Shown: in pieces, positions 27,918 through 36,332 of the stretch
Position numbering within the stretch: position 1 is the first letter of the stretch
Layout: each line of letters starts with the position of its first letter
NCBI GenBank assembly: GCA_037927135.1
Contig: JAXSPP010000007.1
Span: forward strand, 15,494 to 79,493
Length of the DNA stretch: 64,000 nt
Reading direction: 5' to 3'
Source of the DNA: Candidatus Pampinifervens sinense
GTDB lineage: Bacteria > Aquificota > Aquificia > Aquificales > Aquificaceae
The notes under the pieces: generated by a model
Told to the model about the DNA's origin: nothing
Databases searched by the model: none
The model's input: only the letters and a program-made list of their open reading frames with translations
Made by a program: the position numbers and the translations under genes

Positions 27918-29120
27918 TTAGGCCACAGGATAAAGCCCTTCCACAAAGCCCTTCCAGATTTCGGGCATGCGATCAAGCTCCTCCTTAGCTATCTTCCTTA
28001 CCAATTCTTCAATGGCTTTTATATCCTTTTTAGTCCTCACACTCACATCAAGCACCTGGGGCTCATTTATTGGCTTTCCTATCTGAGAGACTATATAGCA
28101 GTAAGCTTCCTCCACTTCCTCCACCTCTTCTACAACCCTTTGGGCAATAAGGTTTGCCACCCTGTTGTATATCTTCCCTATGTGAGAAACTGGGTTTTTA
28201 CCCGCTGCCGCCTCAAGGCTCATAGGCCTGTAGGGAGTTATAAGGCCGTTGACCCTGTTGCCCCTTCCTACTTGTCCATCATCGCCCTGCTCTGCAGAGG
28301 TTCCAGTCACAGTTATATAAACGGAGTTATCTTCCTTGCTGTCTGCAGTGTTTATAAAGACTTCTACCTCTTTGCCCACCACACCTTCTACCCTCTCCTT
28401 TACCTTCTTTAAGATGGCCTCCTTCCTTTGGAAGTAGTCCTCTATGTCTTTTATGTATTTGCCTACAAAGGCCAAGGCTATGGTAAGTCTGTATCTGTCC
28501 TTTATGCGCACACCCATAACCTTTATGTCCTCTCCTATCTCAGGGTGTTCTTTTTTCATCTCTGGAGAGTTCAAAAACCTTTCCGCCTCAAAGACGGCCC
28601 TTTCTAAGCTATCAAGGGGAGCATAGCCCACACCAAAGGAGGTGTCATTGGCCAAAGGCACTTCACCCTTCTTTTGAAACCTTTCAAAGAGCTCCACAAG
28701 GTCCTTGCTACCTGGCTTTATCCTTGTATGTATCCTTACATGCCTTTCCACATCAAGGTTTCTTATGTTCTCCTTTAGCCACCTTTTGGCACTCTCTACC
28801 GCAAGCTCGTGGGCATCAAGCCTTTTGCTGTCCTTTTCCAGTATGGCCCTACCCACCAGATATATCTCTATAGGCTCTATTACCTCACCACCACCAAACT
28901 CCGCCCTTGCCACACCACCCACAAGCAGGGCTTTATCTACGTTGTGGTGCATGATGGCACCATATTCGGATATATACCACTTGCATAGCTCTCTTGATAA
29001 ATTTTCTGCAAGGTAATCACATATGGTATCTGGATGGCCTATGCCTTTGCGTTCCACAATCTCCGCATCCAATTCATAGACAGGCTTAAAGGTCATGGGA
29101 GTGATAACAATGTTAGCCAC
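27918..29120 (-). CDS. mat: Archaeal-type S-adenosylmethionine synthetase (methionine adenosyltransferase)
   Basis: 400-aa ORF with a GTG start preceded by GGAGGTG. The N-terminal block EIVERKGIGHPDTICDYLAENLSRELCKWY matches the archaeal MAT class as I recall it from Methanocaldococcus. It lacks the bacterial MetK motifs. Confidence 0.8.
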   Translation of the reverse strand: MANIVITPMTFKPVYELDAEIVERKGIGHPDTICDYLAENLSRELCKWYISEYGAIMHHNVDKALLVGGVARAEFGGGEVIEPIEIYLVGRAILEKDSKRLDAHELAVESAKRWLKENIRNLDVERHVRIHTRIKPGSKDLVELFERFQKKGEVPLANDTSFGVGYAPLDSLERAVFEAERFLNSPEMKKEHPEIGEDIKVMGVRIKDRYRLTIALAFVGKYIKDIEDYFQRKEAILKKVKERVEGVVGKEVEVFINTADSKEDNSVYITVTGTSAEQGDDGQVGRGNRVNGLITPYRPMSLEAAAGKNPVSHIGKIYNRVANLIAQRVVEEVEEVEEAYCYIVSQIGKPINEPQVLDVSVRTKKDIKAIEELVRKIAKEELDRMPEIWKGFVEGLYPVA

Positions 29121-29202
29121 CGGCCACCTCCTTAAAAAGTTTAGCTATTAAAGTATAGCACAAGGCATATAATTAAAAGGATTATACAAAAAGGAGGAAA
29201 AA

Positions 29203-30303
29203 ATGGACTTTAACTTTTCACAGCTGAGCGACCTAGTTCAAAGGGCTCTCAAGGACATGGACTTTGAAAGGCCCACACCAATACAAAGGGAAACCATACC
29301 CTTGGCCTTGAAAGGCTACGATATTATGGGGCAGGCTGCCACAGGAACAGGCAAAACGGCAGCCTTTGGCATACCCATAGTGGAAGGAAGCAAAAAGGAG
29401 GAAGGAACCACAGCCCTTATAATGACACCCACAAGGGAGCTGGCCCTTCAGGTAAAGGAACAGTTGCAACAGCTATCCAAGTACAAAGGCCTTAAGGTCT
29501 TTAGCTTTTATGGTGGCACGCCAGTGCAAAAGGACTTAGAACTACTTTGGAAGGTCACACCAAACATAGTGGTTGGAACGCCAGGAAGGCTAAAGGACCT
29601 TATAATGAGAGGCCTTTTTAACTTTGATAACCTCAAATACTTTGTGCTGGACGAAGTAGACAGGATGCTTGATATGGGCTTTATAGAGGATATTGAGTGG
29701 ATAATAGCCCAGCTACCAAAGGAGAGACAAACCTTTCTCTTTTCCGCTACCATACCAAGGGAGGTGGAAAGCCTCGCCAAAAGGCACCTGAGGAAGGACT
29801 ACAAGTTTGTAAAGGTTATAACGGAAGAGCTAAAGCCAAAGATAGAAGAGAGGTTTATAAAGCTTAACTCTTCAAGACAAAAGCTTTCCGAGCTTGAAAA
29901 GATACTAAGAGAGCATCTCCTTGAAAAGGTCATAGTCTTTGTAAAGACAAAGAAGGATGCAAGAGAGATAACAGAGGAGCTAAAAAGAAGGGGCTTTAAT
30001 GTGGTCTCCTTGCACGGCGATATGACGCAAAGACAGAGGGAAAACTCTTTGAGGCTTTTTAAGGAAGGAAAGGTAAAAATAGTGGTGGCCACCGATGTGG
30101 CCTCAAGGGGTCTTGATATAAAGGGCGTGAGCCTTGTGATAAACTACCACATACCGGAGGACCCAGAGGTGTATATACACCGGATAGGAAGGACTGGAAG
30201 GATAGGCTCCTACGGCAAGGCCTATAGCTTAGTGACGCCAGAGGACAGCAGGGCCCTTATAAGAATAAGGAAGCTAAAGGAAAGCTATAAAGATGGACCT
30301 TAA
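29203..30303 (+). CDS. DEAD-box ATP-dependent RNA helicase
   Basis: 366-aa ORF. Q-motif (F.....PTPIQ), motif I AATGTGKT, motif II DEVD, SAT, and HRIGRTGR. Confidence 0.9.
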   Translation: MDFNFSQLSDLVQRALKDMDFERPTPIQRETIPLALKGYDIMGQAATGTGKTAAFGIPIVEGSKKEEGTTALIMTPTRELALQVKEQLQQLSKYKGLKVFSFYGGTPVQKDLELLWKVTPNIVVGTPGRLKDLIMRGLFNFDNLKYFVLDEVDRMLDMGFIEDIEWIIAQLPKERQTFLFSATIPREVESLAKRHLRKDYKFVKVITEELKPKIEERFIKLNSSRQKLSELEKILREHLLEKVIVFVKTKKDAREITEELKRRGFNVVSLHGDMTQRQRENSLRLFKEGKVKIVVATDVASRGLDIKGVSLVINYHIPEDPEVYIHRIGRTGRIGSYGKAYSLVTPEDSRALIRIRKLKESYKDGP

Positions 30304-30814
30304 AGAGAGGGCTTTAAAAATCAGGCTTTTGGTCCTTGATGTGGATGGTGTGCTAACCGATGGGAGGCTATATTACACTTCAAGGGGGGAGGAGATAAAG
30401 GTCTTTAATGTGAAGGATGGCTTTGGTATAAAGATGGCGCAGATGGCTGGCATAAGGGTTGGAGTCATCTCTGGAAGGAAGAGCAAGGCTTTAAGGAAGA
30501 GGCTTGAGGAGCTTGGCATAGAAGAGGCCCACCTTGGCTTTAACGAAAAGCTTCCTGTTTTGGAAGATATGTTAAGGAGGCTTTCCCTTGGCTTTGAAGA
30601 GGTAGCCTTTATTGGGGATGACTATGTGGACCTGCCCATCTTAAAAAGGGTGGGCTTTCCCATGGTAGTTTGCGATGCACCAGAGGAGATAAAGGCCCAT
30701 GCCCTTTATACCACAAAGGCAAAGGGCGGAGAAGGGGCAGTAAGGGAGGCCATAGAGTTCCTTCTGAAGCTAAGGGGACAGTGGGAAGAGATAATAAGTA
30801 AATACCATGCTTAG
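30293..30814 (+). CDS. kdsC: 3-deoxy-D-manno-octulosonate 8-phosphate phosphatase
   Basis: 173-aa HAD-family ORF with LLVLDVDGVLTDG and GDDYVDLP. It sits upstream of lptC/lptA-like genes, as in the canonical kdsC-lptC-lptA arrangement. Confidence 0.85.
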   Translation: MDLKERALKIRLLVLDVDGVLTDGRLYYTSRGEEIKVFNVKDGFGIKMAQMAGIRVGVISGRKSKALRKRLEELGIEEAHLGFNEKLPVLEDMLRRLSLGFEEVAFIGDDYVDLPILKRVGFPMVVCDAPEEIKAHALYTTKAKGGEGAVREAIEFLLKLRGQWEEIISKYHA

Positions 30815-31298
30815 GAGCCTTCTTATAAGCCTTATGATAATACTCACCTCTTACATGCTAAGGGCCTATGTGGATAGCTTTGGACCCACTGGAGGAGAGG
30901 AGAAGATAGTAAATAGACTGGAAGGTGTGACCATAAGGTCCTACAGCAAAGGTGGTATTGAATGGACCATAAGGGGCAGATCCTTGGAGGTGGTAGGCAA
31001 AGACGTGCTTTTGAAGGGGGCAGAGCTTATATCTGAAGAGGCCACCATTAGGGCTGGAGAGGTTTATATAGATAGGAATACTGGAAAGGGTGAGCTTTTG
31101 GGAGGCATTGAACTCATATCAAAGGACCTTGTGGCAAAGAGCCAAAGGGCCTATATGGACCTAAGGGAAGGAAGGTTTTATGGTGATGGCAGGATAGAGC
31201 TAAAGGAAGGAGACAAAAGGGTGGAAGGCTATGGCTTTGAGATAAGGCTAAAGCCTGTGAGGGTTATAATTAGTAAGGCGAGGGTAAACATAGAATGA
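30807..31298 (+). CDS. lptC: LptC-like LPS export protein (membrane-anchored)
   Basis: 163-aa ORF with an N-terminal TM anchor and a beta-rich body. Its position between kdsC and lptA supports the call. The sequence is weakly diagnostic. Confidence 0.55.
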   Translation: MLRSLLISLMIILTSYMLRAYVDSFGPTGGEEKIVNRLEGVTIRSYSKGGIEWTIRGRSLEVVGKDVLLKGAELISEEATIRAGEVYIDRNTGKGELLGGIELISKDLVAKSQRAYMDLREGRFYGDGRIELKEGDKRVEGYGFEIRLKPVRVIISKARVNIE

Positions 31299-31753
31299 GA
31301 AGGGTTCTATTTTTCCTTTTATTGATTGCTTCCTTTGCCTTTTCACAGCCCATAGTGGGTGAAGGAGACCAGCTTACTTACGAAAAGGACAGGATAATCT
31401 ATACGGGCAATGTAAGACTCACAAGGGGCAACGCCCTTTTGACAGCCAACAAGGTGATCATATACCTTGATGAAAACAGAAAGGCAAGGCTTATGGAAGC
31501 GGAAGGGAATGTAAAGTATGTGGAGGGAAACAGAAGGGCCTTTGCGGACAGGATGACCTATGACCTGAGGGAAGAGGTTATAACCCTTAGGGGTAGGGCA
31601 AGGGTGGAGGAGGGTCCAAACTTTGTGGAGGCAGAGGAGATAGTTTACTATAAGAAGGAAGATAGGGCTGTGGCCACAAGCAAAGGTTCAAGGGTGAGGA
31701 CCTTTTATGTGGAGGAAAAGGATGAAAAGGGCAGACCTAATAGAAAGCCTTAG
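31295..31753 (+). CDS. lptA: LptA/OstA-like periplasmic LPS transport protein
   Basis: 152-aa ORF with a signal peptide and OstA-like beta-jellyroll repeats (Y.GNV.L..G...L.A.KV.IY). It has an ATGA overlap with lptC. Confidence 0.7.
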   Translation: MRRVLFFLLLIASFAFSQPIVGEGDQLTYEKDRIIYTGNVRLTRGNALLTANKVIIYLDENRKARLMEAEGNVKYVEGNRRAFADRMTYDLREEVITLRGRARVEEGPNFVEAEEIVYYKKEDRAVATSKGSRVRTFYVEEKDEKGRPNRKP

Positions 31754-31997
31754 AAGGGAGTTTAGGCTTAGCAGGGAAGAAGCAAAAAGGTTTGTAGATT
31801 GCTTTTTTGAAGAGTTGGTAAATATGGTGGTAGAAAAGGGAAGGGTGGAACTGAGAGGCTTTGGTGTTTTTAAGCTAAAGAGCCTTAGCGGTAGGTTTAT
31901 AAAGAATCCAAAGACGGGCATTGAGATGTATGTGGAAGAAAGACACAGCATAAGCTTTAAGCCTTCAAGCCTGTTTAAGAAGAATGAGAAAGGTTGA
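31722..31997 (+). CDS. HU/IHF-family DNA-binding protein
   Basis: The track ORF starts at 31707. The ATG at 31722 has GGAGG 6 nt upstream. The sequence MKRADLIE...V.LRGFG.F......R...NP.TGE....E......FKPS is typical of IHF/HU. Confidence 0.85.
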   Translation: MKRADLIESLRREFRLSREEAKRFVDCFFEELVNMVVEKGRVELRGFGVFKLKSLSGRFIKNPKTGIEMYVEERHSISFKPSSLFKKNEKG

Positions 31998-33024
31998 TGT
32001 GCTTATTGTAGGTGGTGGTCCTGCAGGTTCTACATGTGCTTATGAGCTTTCAAAGAGGGGCCTGAGTGTGATCTTTGTGGATATAAAGAGGAAAATAGGC
32101 ACGCCGGTGCAGTGTGCCGAGTTTGTTCCCATACAGCTATACCACCAGTTTAAAGACTTCTTTCCAGAGGAAGCCATAGCCCAAAGGGTGGAGAATATGG
32201 TACATTTTACACCTTGGGGGGAGGTGGTCAGTATGTGGTCTGAGGGCTTTGTTTTAAACAGGGAGGTCTTTGATTACCATATAGCCAAGCTTGCCACAGA
32301 AATGGGTGCTGAATGCTTACTTAGGACACAGTTTATAGGCTTTGAGGATGGAAAGGTCTGGCTTGAAAATATAGACAAAAGGGAAAGGTTTTGCATAAAG
32401 GCCGATGTGGTGGTGGGTGCGGACGGACCAAGGTCCAAGGTGGCAAGGCTTACAGGAAAGGGAATAGAAAACTTCCTTACTACAGCGCAAGCCACCATGC
32501 CCTTAAAAGAGCCAATAAAGGACCTTTTGATATACTTCAGAGATTACATACCCGGTGGCTACGGATGGGTCTTTCCGAAGGGAGAGGTGGCCAATGTGGG
32601 CGTGGGCATTGACCCTTCCTATCCTATCAATGTGATGGAGAGCTTAAGAAGGTTCATAAGGGAGGTATGTAAAGAGGGCATTGTGGAAGAGAGGATACTT
32701 AAAAGGACTGGTGGGTGGATACCGGCTGATGGTCTTTTGCCTTTGGTAAGGGGAAGGGTGGTCCTTGTGGGGGATGCGGGGGGCTTTTGCCATCCTATAA
32801 CCGGTGCGGGCATAGCCAACGCAGTCCTATCTGGTAGTATGGCTGGTAAATACATAGCGGAAGGAAACCTTGAAGAATACCAAGAGGAGGCAGAAGACAC
32901 CTTTGGAAGCGTGCTATGGAGAGCATCGGAAAAGAGGAAAAAACACATGAAAAGCTGGGACAATCTAAAAGAGATAATACCAAAGACATGGATAGCCTTT
33001 GAAGACTATTGGTGTATAATTTAA
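31984..33024 (+). CDS. Geranylgeranyl reductase-family FAD-dependent oxidoreductase
   Basis: 346-aa ORF. FAD dinucleotide fold DVLIVGGGPAGSTCAY, VVGADGPRSKVAR and GDAGGF.HPITG.GI. Confidence 0.8.
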   Translation: MRKVDVLIVGGGPAGSTCAYELSKRGLSVIFVDIKRKIGTPVQCAEFVPIQLYHQFKDFFPEEAIAQRVENMVHFTPWGEVVSMWSEGFVLNREVFDYHIAKLATEMGAECLLRTQFIGFEDGKVWLENIDKRERFCIKADVVVGADGPRSKVARLTGKGIENFLTTAQATMPLKEPIKDLLIYFRDYIPGGYGWVFPKGEVANVGVGIDPSYPINVMESLRRFIREVCKEGIVEERILKRTGGWIPADGLLPLVRGRVVLVGDAGGFCHPITGAGIANAVLSGSMAGKYIAEGNLEEYQEEAEDTFGSVLWRASEKRKKHMKSWDNLKEIIPKTWIAFEDYWCII

Positions 33025-33040
33025 AGCTAGGAGGTGGAAG

Positions 33041-33889
33041 ATGGACTTTTTAGGAAAAGAACAATCACCCTTAACCTTTGAAGAGTGGAACCAGCTGGAG
33101 AAGGCTATAATTGAAGTTGCGAAAAAAACGCTTGTATGTAGAAGGTTTATGCCCGTTGTTGGCCCAATAGGTGTGGGCCATCAGGTAATATCTTATGATG
33201 TTTACCTTGGTGTGGAGCCAGGTGTATGTGAAGTAAGACCTGGGGAGGAAAGCGAACAGTGTGAGCCTGTAAGGACTGGAAGAAGAAGGCATATAGTCCT
33301 TCCAACCATATACAAGCCCTTTAGTATAAGCTGGAGGGATTTAGAATACTACAGGCAGTTCAACCTTCCCATAGATACATCTCAAGCTGCTGCGGCAGCC
33401 TTTGCCACAGCGGTGGCGGAGGACACTCTCATAATACATGGAAATCAAAAGCTGGAGATAGAGGGCCTTTTGACGGTGGAGGGAAGGCAAAGTATGTCCA
33501 TGAGCGATTGGGATGTGGTGGGCAATGCCTTCAACGATATATCCCTCGGTATAGCCAAGCTTTCGGAAAAGGGCTTTTACGGAGACTACTACCTTATACT
33601 AAACCCAAAGGACTACTTTAAGCTAAACAGGGTATATCACAACACGGGCCTTTTGGAGATTGAACAGATAAGAAAGCTTGTAAAGGATATATACTACACG
33701 CCCATAATGCCAGAATCAAAGGCATTGCTTGTATCGGCAGGACCACAGAATATGGACATAGTCATAGGCCTGGACTTTAGCCTTGCCTATGTGGAATCTA
33801 CCAACATGGTGCATCACTTTAGGGTTATGGAGATAGTGGCACCGAGGATAAAGAGGCCTGGGGCCATACTGGTGATAGGGGAGAAGTGA
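33041..33889 (+). CDS. Family 1 encapsulin nanocompartment shell protein (Linocin M18-like, HK97 fold)
   Basis: 282-aa ORF with AGGAGG upstream. Several blocks align with my memory of Thermotoga maritima encapsulin: N-terminal SPLT..EW..L......A...L..RRF....GP.G, EDTLIIHG, GDYYLILNP.DY, and C-terminal IVIGLDFSLAYVE......FRVMEI.APRI..PGAILVI. Confidence 0.85.
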   Translation: MDFLGKEQSPLTFEEWNQLEKAIIEVAKKTLVCRRFMPVVGPIGVGHQVISYDVYLGVEPGVCEVRPGEESEQCEPVRTGRRRHIVLPTIYKPFSISWRDLEYYRQFNLPIDTSQAAAAAFATAVAEDTLIIHGNQKLEIEGLLTVEGRQSMSMSDWDVVGNAFNDISLGIAKLSEKGFYGDYYLILNPKDYFKLNRVYHNTGLLEIEQIRKLVKDIYYTPIMPESKALLVSAGPQNMDIVIGLDFSLAYVESTNMVHHFRVMEIVAPRIKRPGAILVIGEK

Positions 33890-35733
33890 AGGAAAAGTGG
33901 AAGGTAATAGAAAGGCTACTTTCTGAAGAGTATGATATTGAGGTACAGGGAAGTTATGAGGGGTGGGGTGCGGGCTACGACCCTAAGTTTTTACCCCTTA
34001 CGGAGATGTGGGCAAAGGGGGAGGTGGAGGATGTGCCGGAGGTGGTAAAGAGGCCAGCGGGGGTGGTCTTTCATATACAAGAGCTTTCAAAAAAATCGGA
34101 AGAGGAGGCCATAAACACCATAAGGCATGAGATTGAATATCTCTTTTCCACAGACCTTTATCTTTGGAGGCTTGGCCAGAGAGAGTTTTACAAGTTTGGC
34201 TTTACCCCCACCTCCTTCCTTGTGCTTTACTCTGTGCTTGAGTCCATAAAGACAGACTCAAGGATAATAAACAGCCATCCTCAAAACCAGTCAACAATCA
34301 TAAAAAACTACGAAGAGATTCTAAAAGAGATAGACACCTACTATCCACATCACAATTTTTCCCTTAGCCTTTTGAAGTCATGGCTTGGAAGGGAAGCCCT
34401 TCCCAAAGATACGGAAAGGATACTCTATGAATACTTGAACTCAAAAAACAGAGAAGCCTACGACATACTTATGGAAGACCTGCTTGGAAAGTATATAGCC
34501 CATATAGAAAAGGCACAAGAGATAAACTATATAGACCTCCTTTTGGATGAGGCGAGGGGAAAGGTAAGAAAGGATGCCCACAAGGGCAGGATAATGACGG
34601 ACCTTCTCAAAAAGCTTCCAAAGGCTTTGCAAGAGGTCATAATAGAACACAAGGAAAAGAGGGCTATAGATATACCGGAGGAGAAGAGGAAGGAAATAAT
34701 AAAGAGCCTGAGGAACATGCCCGACTGGATGAGGGACTACTTAAAACAGATGTCCTACTTGGATATGATAGAAAGGGATGTGGAGTTTATAAGGCACTTT
34801 TTGCCAAAGACCTTGGAGGTGGATATAGAGCATAGGGGTTTCCTTAGCTTTTTGATAAAGGGGTGGGAGGAACAAAAGAGCACAGCTTCCAGCGGTTTGA
34901 GCCTTGGGGGAAGGTCCGAAGAGAAGTCTCAAGAGGACAGGCTGTATGAAAAGGCCTACGGGATGAACAAGGAGGAGTTTAAGGCCTACAGGAGGATGAT
35001 ATCAAACATATTGCCCTATGTGGAGGCACTAAAGAGAAGGCTTAGAAAGCTAATGCCTGAGGAGGAGGAAGGCTGGTCTGGAAAATACTTTTATGGAAGA
35101 AGGCTTAACCACAAAGTCCTAAGCTTGGAGGCTTCCATAGGAAGGGGGAGGATGTACATGAGGAGGGAAGAAGGCATAAGAAAGGAGCTTGCCTTTAAGC
35201 TTCTCATAGATATATCCACATCCATGAAGAGGGAGGAGAAGATAAGGAAGGCTATAGAGGCCCTTCTTTTGTTCTCTGAAGTCATAAGCACTCTGAGGAT
35301 GCCCTTTTCCATTGATGTGTTTAGCGACAGGGTGTTTAGATTGAAGGAATTCCATGAAGATTACAAGCTTGTAAGGTGGAGGATTTTGGAGCTTTTTAAC
35401 ATGCTTGGTGGCGGAACAAACCTTGAAAAGGCCCTCCTTTACGCATATGAAGATATACAAACCTTTTGTAAGAAGAACAACATAAGAGGCTGTATCCTTG
35501 TCTTCTCCGATGGTGAGCCCACAAGGGGCCTAAAAGGAAAAGAGCTAAAGGACCTTATAAACCAGATAAAGGCCATCACACCCATAATAGGCATAGGTGT
35601 AGGACTAGAAAAGAACTATGTGGATTACTACTTTGAAGGCACTGGGATAAAGATAAAGGATGTGTCTGAGCTTACCTTAGCCTTTACAAGGATAATAGAA
35701 AATCAGGCAAGGAGGCTTCTGGCCTTTCAATAA
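33886..35733 (+). CDS. NorD/CbbO/CobT-like protein with C-terminal von Willebrand factor A domain
   Basis: 615-aa ORF. The GTG start overlaps the encapsulin stop (GTGA). The C-terminal vWA domain has a full MIDAS set: DISTS at nt 35209-35223, GGGTN, and FSDGEPT. It is preceded by a GRRLN.K.L...........MRRE segment typical of NorD/CobT-type proteins. The N-terminal 420 aa or so are unassigned. Confidence 0.75.
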   Translation: MKEKWKVIERLLSEEYDIEVQGSYEGWGAGYDPKFLPLTEMWAKGEVEDVPEVVKRPAGVVFHIQELSKKSEEEAINTIRHEIEYLFSTDLYLWRLGQREFYKFGFTPTSFLVLYSVLESIKTDSRIINSHPQNQSTIIKNYEEILKEIDTYYPHHNFSLSLLKSWLGREALPKDTERILYEYLNSKNREAYDILMEDLLGKYIAHIEKAQEINYIDLLLDEARGKVRKDAHKGRIMTDLLKKLPKALQEVIIEHKEKRAIDIPEEKRKEIIKSLRNMPDWMRDYLKQMSYLDMIERDVEFIRHFLPKTLEVDIEHRGFLSFLIKGWEEQKSTASSGLSLGGRSEEKSQEDRLYEKAYGMNKEEFKAYRRMISNILPYVEALKRRLRKLMPEEEEGWSGKYFYGRRLNHKVLSLEASIGRGRMYMRREEGIRKELAFKLLIDISTSMKREEKIRKAIEALLLFSEVISTLRMPFSIDVFSDRVFRLKEFHEDYKLVRWRILELFNMLGGGTNLEKALLYAYEDIQTFCKKNNIRGCILVFSDGEPTRGLKGKELKDLINQIKAITPIIGIGVGLEKNYVDYYFEGTGIKIKDVSELTLAFTRIIENQARRLLAFQ

Positions 35734-36043
35734 GGAGGCTTATACCTTCTTCAGGCTTTTCTATCAAAAAAGCGTATTGAGTTATCTTTGGATAGCTTTT
35801 TGCTTCGTTGAAGAACTCTTCACCTTGGGACCTTTGACCGAGGGCATAGTTTATAAGGGCCAAAAGCATATACTTCTCTTGGCAGTCCTCTGCCAGCATG
35901 AGCCACTTGGTGGCCTCCAAATACTTAAACTCTACCACATACCTCATGCCCACATAAAGGGGATCCCTATTCTTTAAAAAATGTTCCTTCCCAAGCCTAT
36001 TTCCTTCCTTATCCACTATCCTTATCCTGAACCTGACCCTCAT
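35684..36043 (-). CDS. Hypothetical protein (about 119 aa)
   Basis: ORF with GTG 36046 / ATG 36043. The 3' end overlaps the vWA gene 3' end by 50 nt. No family recognised, so coding status is uncertain. Confidence 0.3.
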   Translation of the reverse strand: MRVRFRIRIVDKEGNRLGKEHFLKNRDPLYVGMRYVVEFKYLEATKWLMLAEDCQEKYMLLALINYALGQRSQGEEFFNEAKSYPKITQYAFLIEKPEEGISLLIERPEASLPDFLLSL

Positions 36044-36094
36044 CACAAAGAACTATCATGGAGTAAGTTTTAGTATGTTTTTAAATTAAAGCAC

Positions 36095-36307
36095 ATGAGA
36101 GTATACTTCAAGGATGAGCTAAAGGAGAAAAACATACTTTTGGCAAAGTCTGGTGAAGTTCCGGAAAAGATAGAGGTAGGGGAAGACACGATAAAGGTCT
36201 ACGCAAAAGATGAGGTATATCATATACCTACCTCCTCTTTAAGAGGAAAGGTCATAATGGACAGGTTAAACTACAAGGGAGAACTTACACAGGAGATATA
36301 TATTTAA
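36095..36307 (+). CDS. Hypothetical small protein (70 aa)
   Basis: ATG ORF upstream of bioB. No family recognised. Confidence 0.3.
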   Translation: MRVYFKDELKEKNILLAKSGEVPEKIEVGEDTIKVYAKDEVYHIPTSSLRGKVIMDRLNYKGELTQEIYI

Positions 36308-36332
36308 AACAAATTAAGCCAAGGAGGTTTTT

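Noticed and set aside
29121-29202. A SAM riboswitch upstream of the SAM synthetase gene.
   Set aside because: The divergent intergenic region is only 82 bp and AT-rich. That is too short for any known SAM riboswitch class.
33041-35733. The HK97-fold gene as a prophage capsid remnant.
   Set aside because: No terminase, portal, protease, integrase or tail genes are nearby. The protein has encapsulin-specific N- and C-terminal blocks. The flanking genes are housekeeping.
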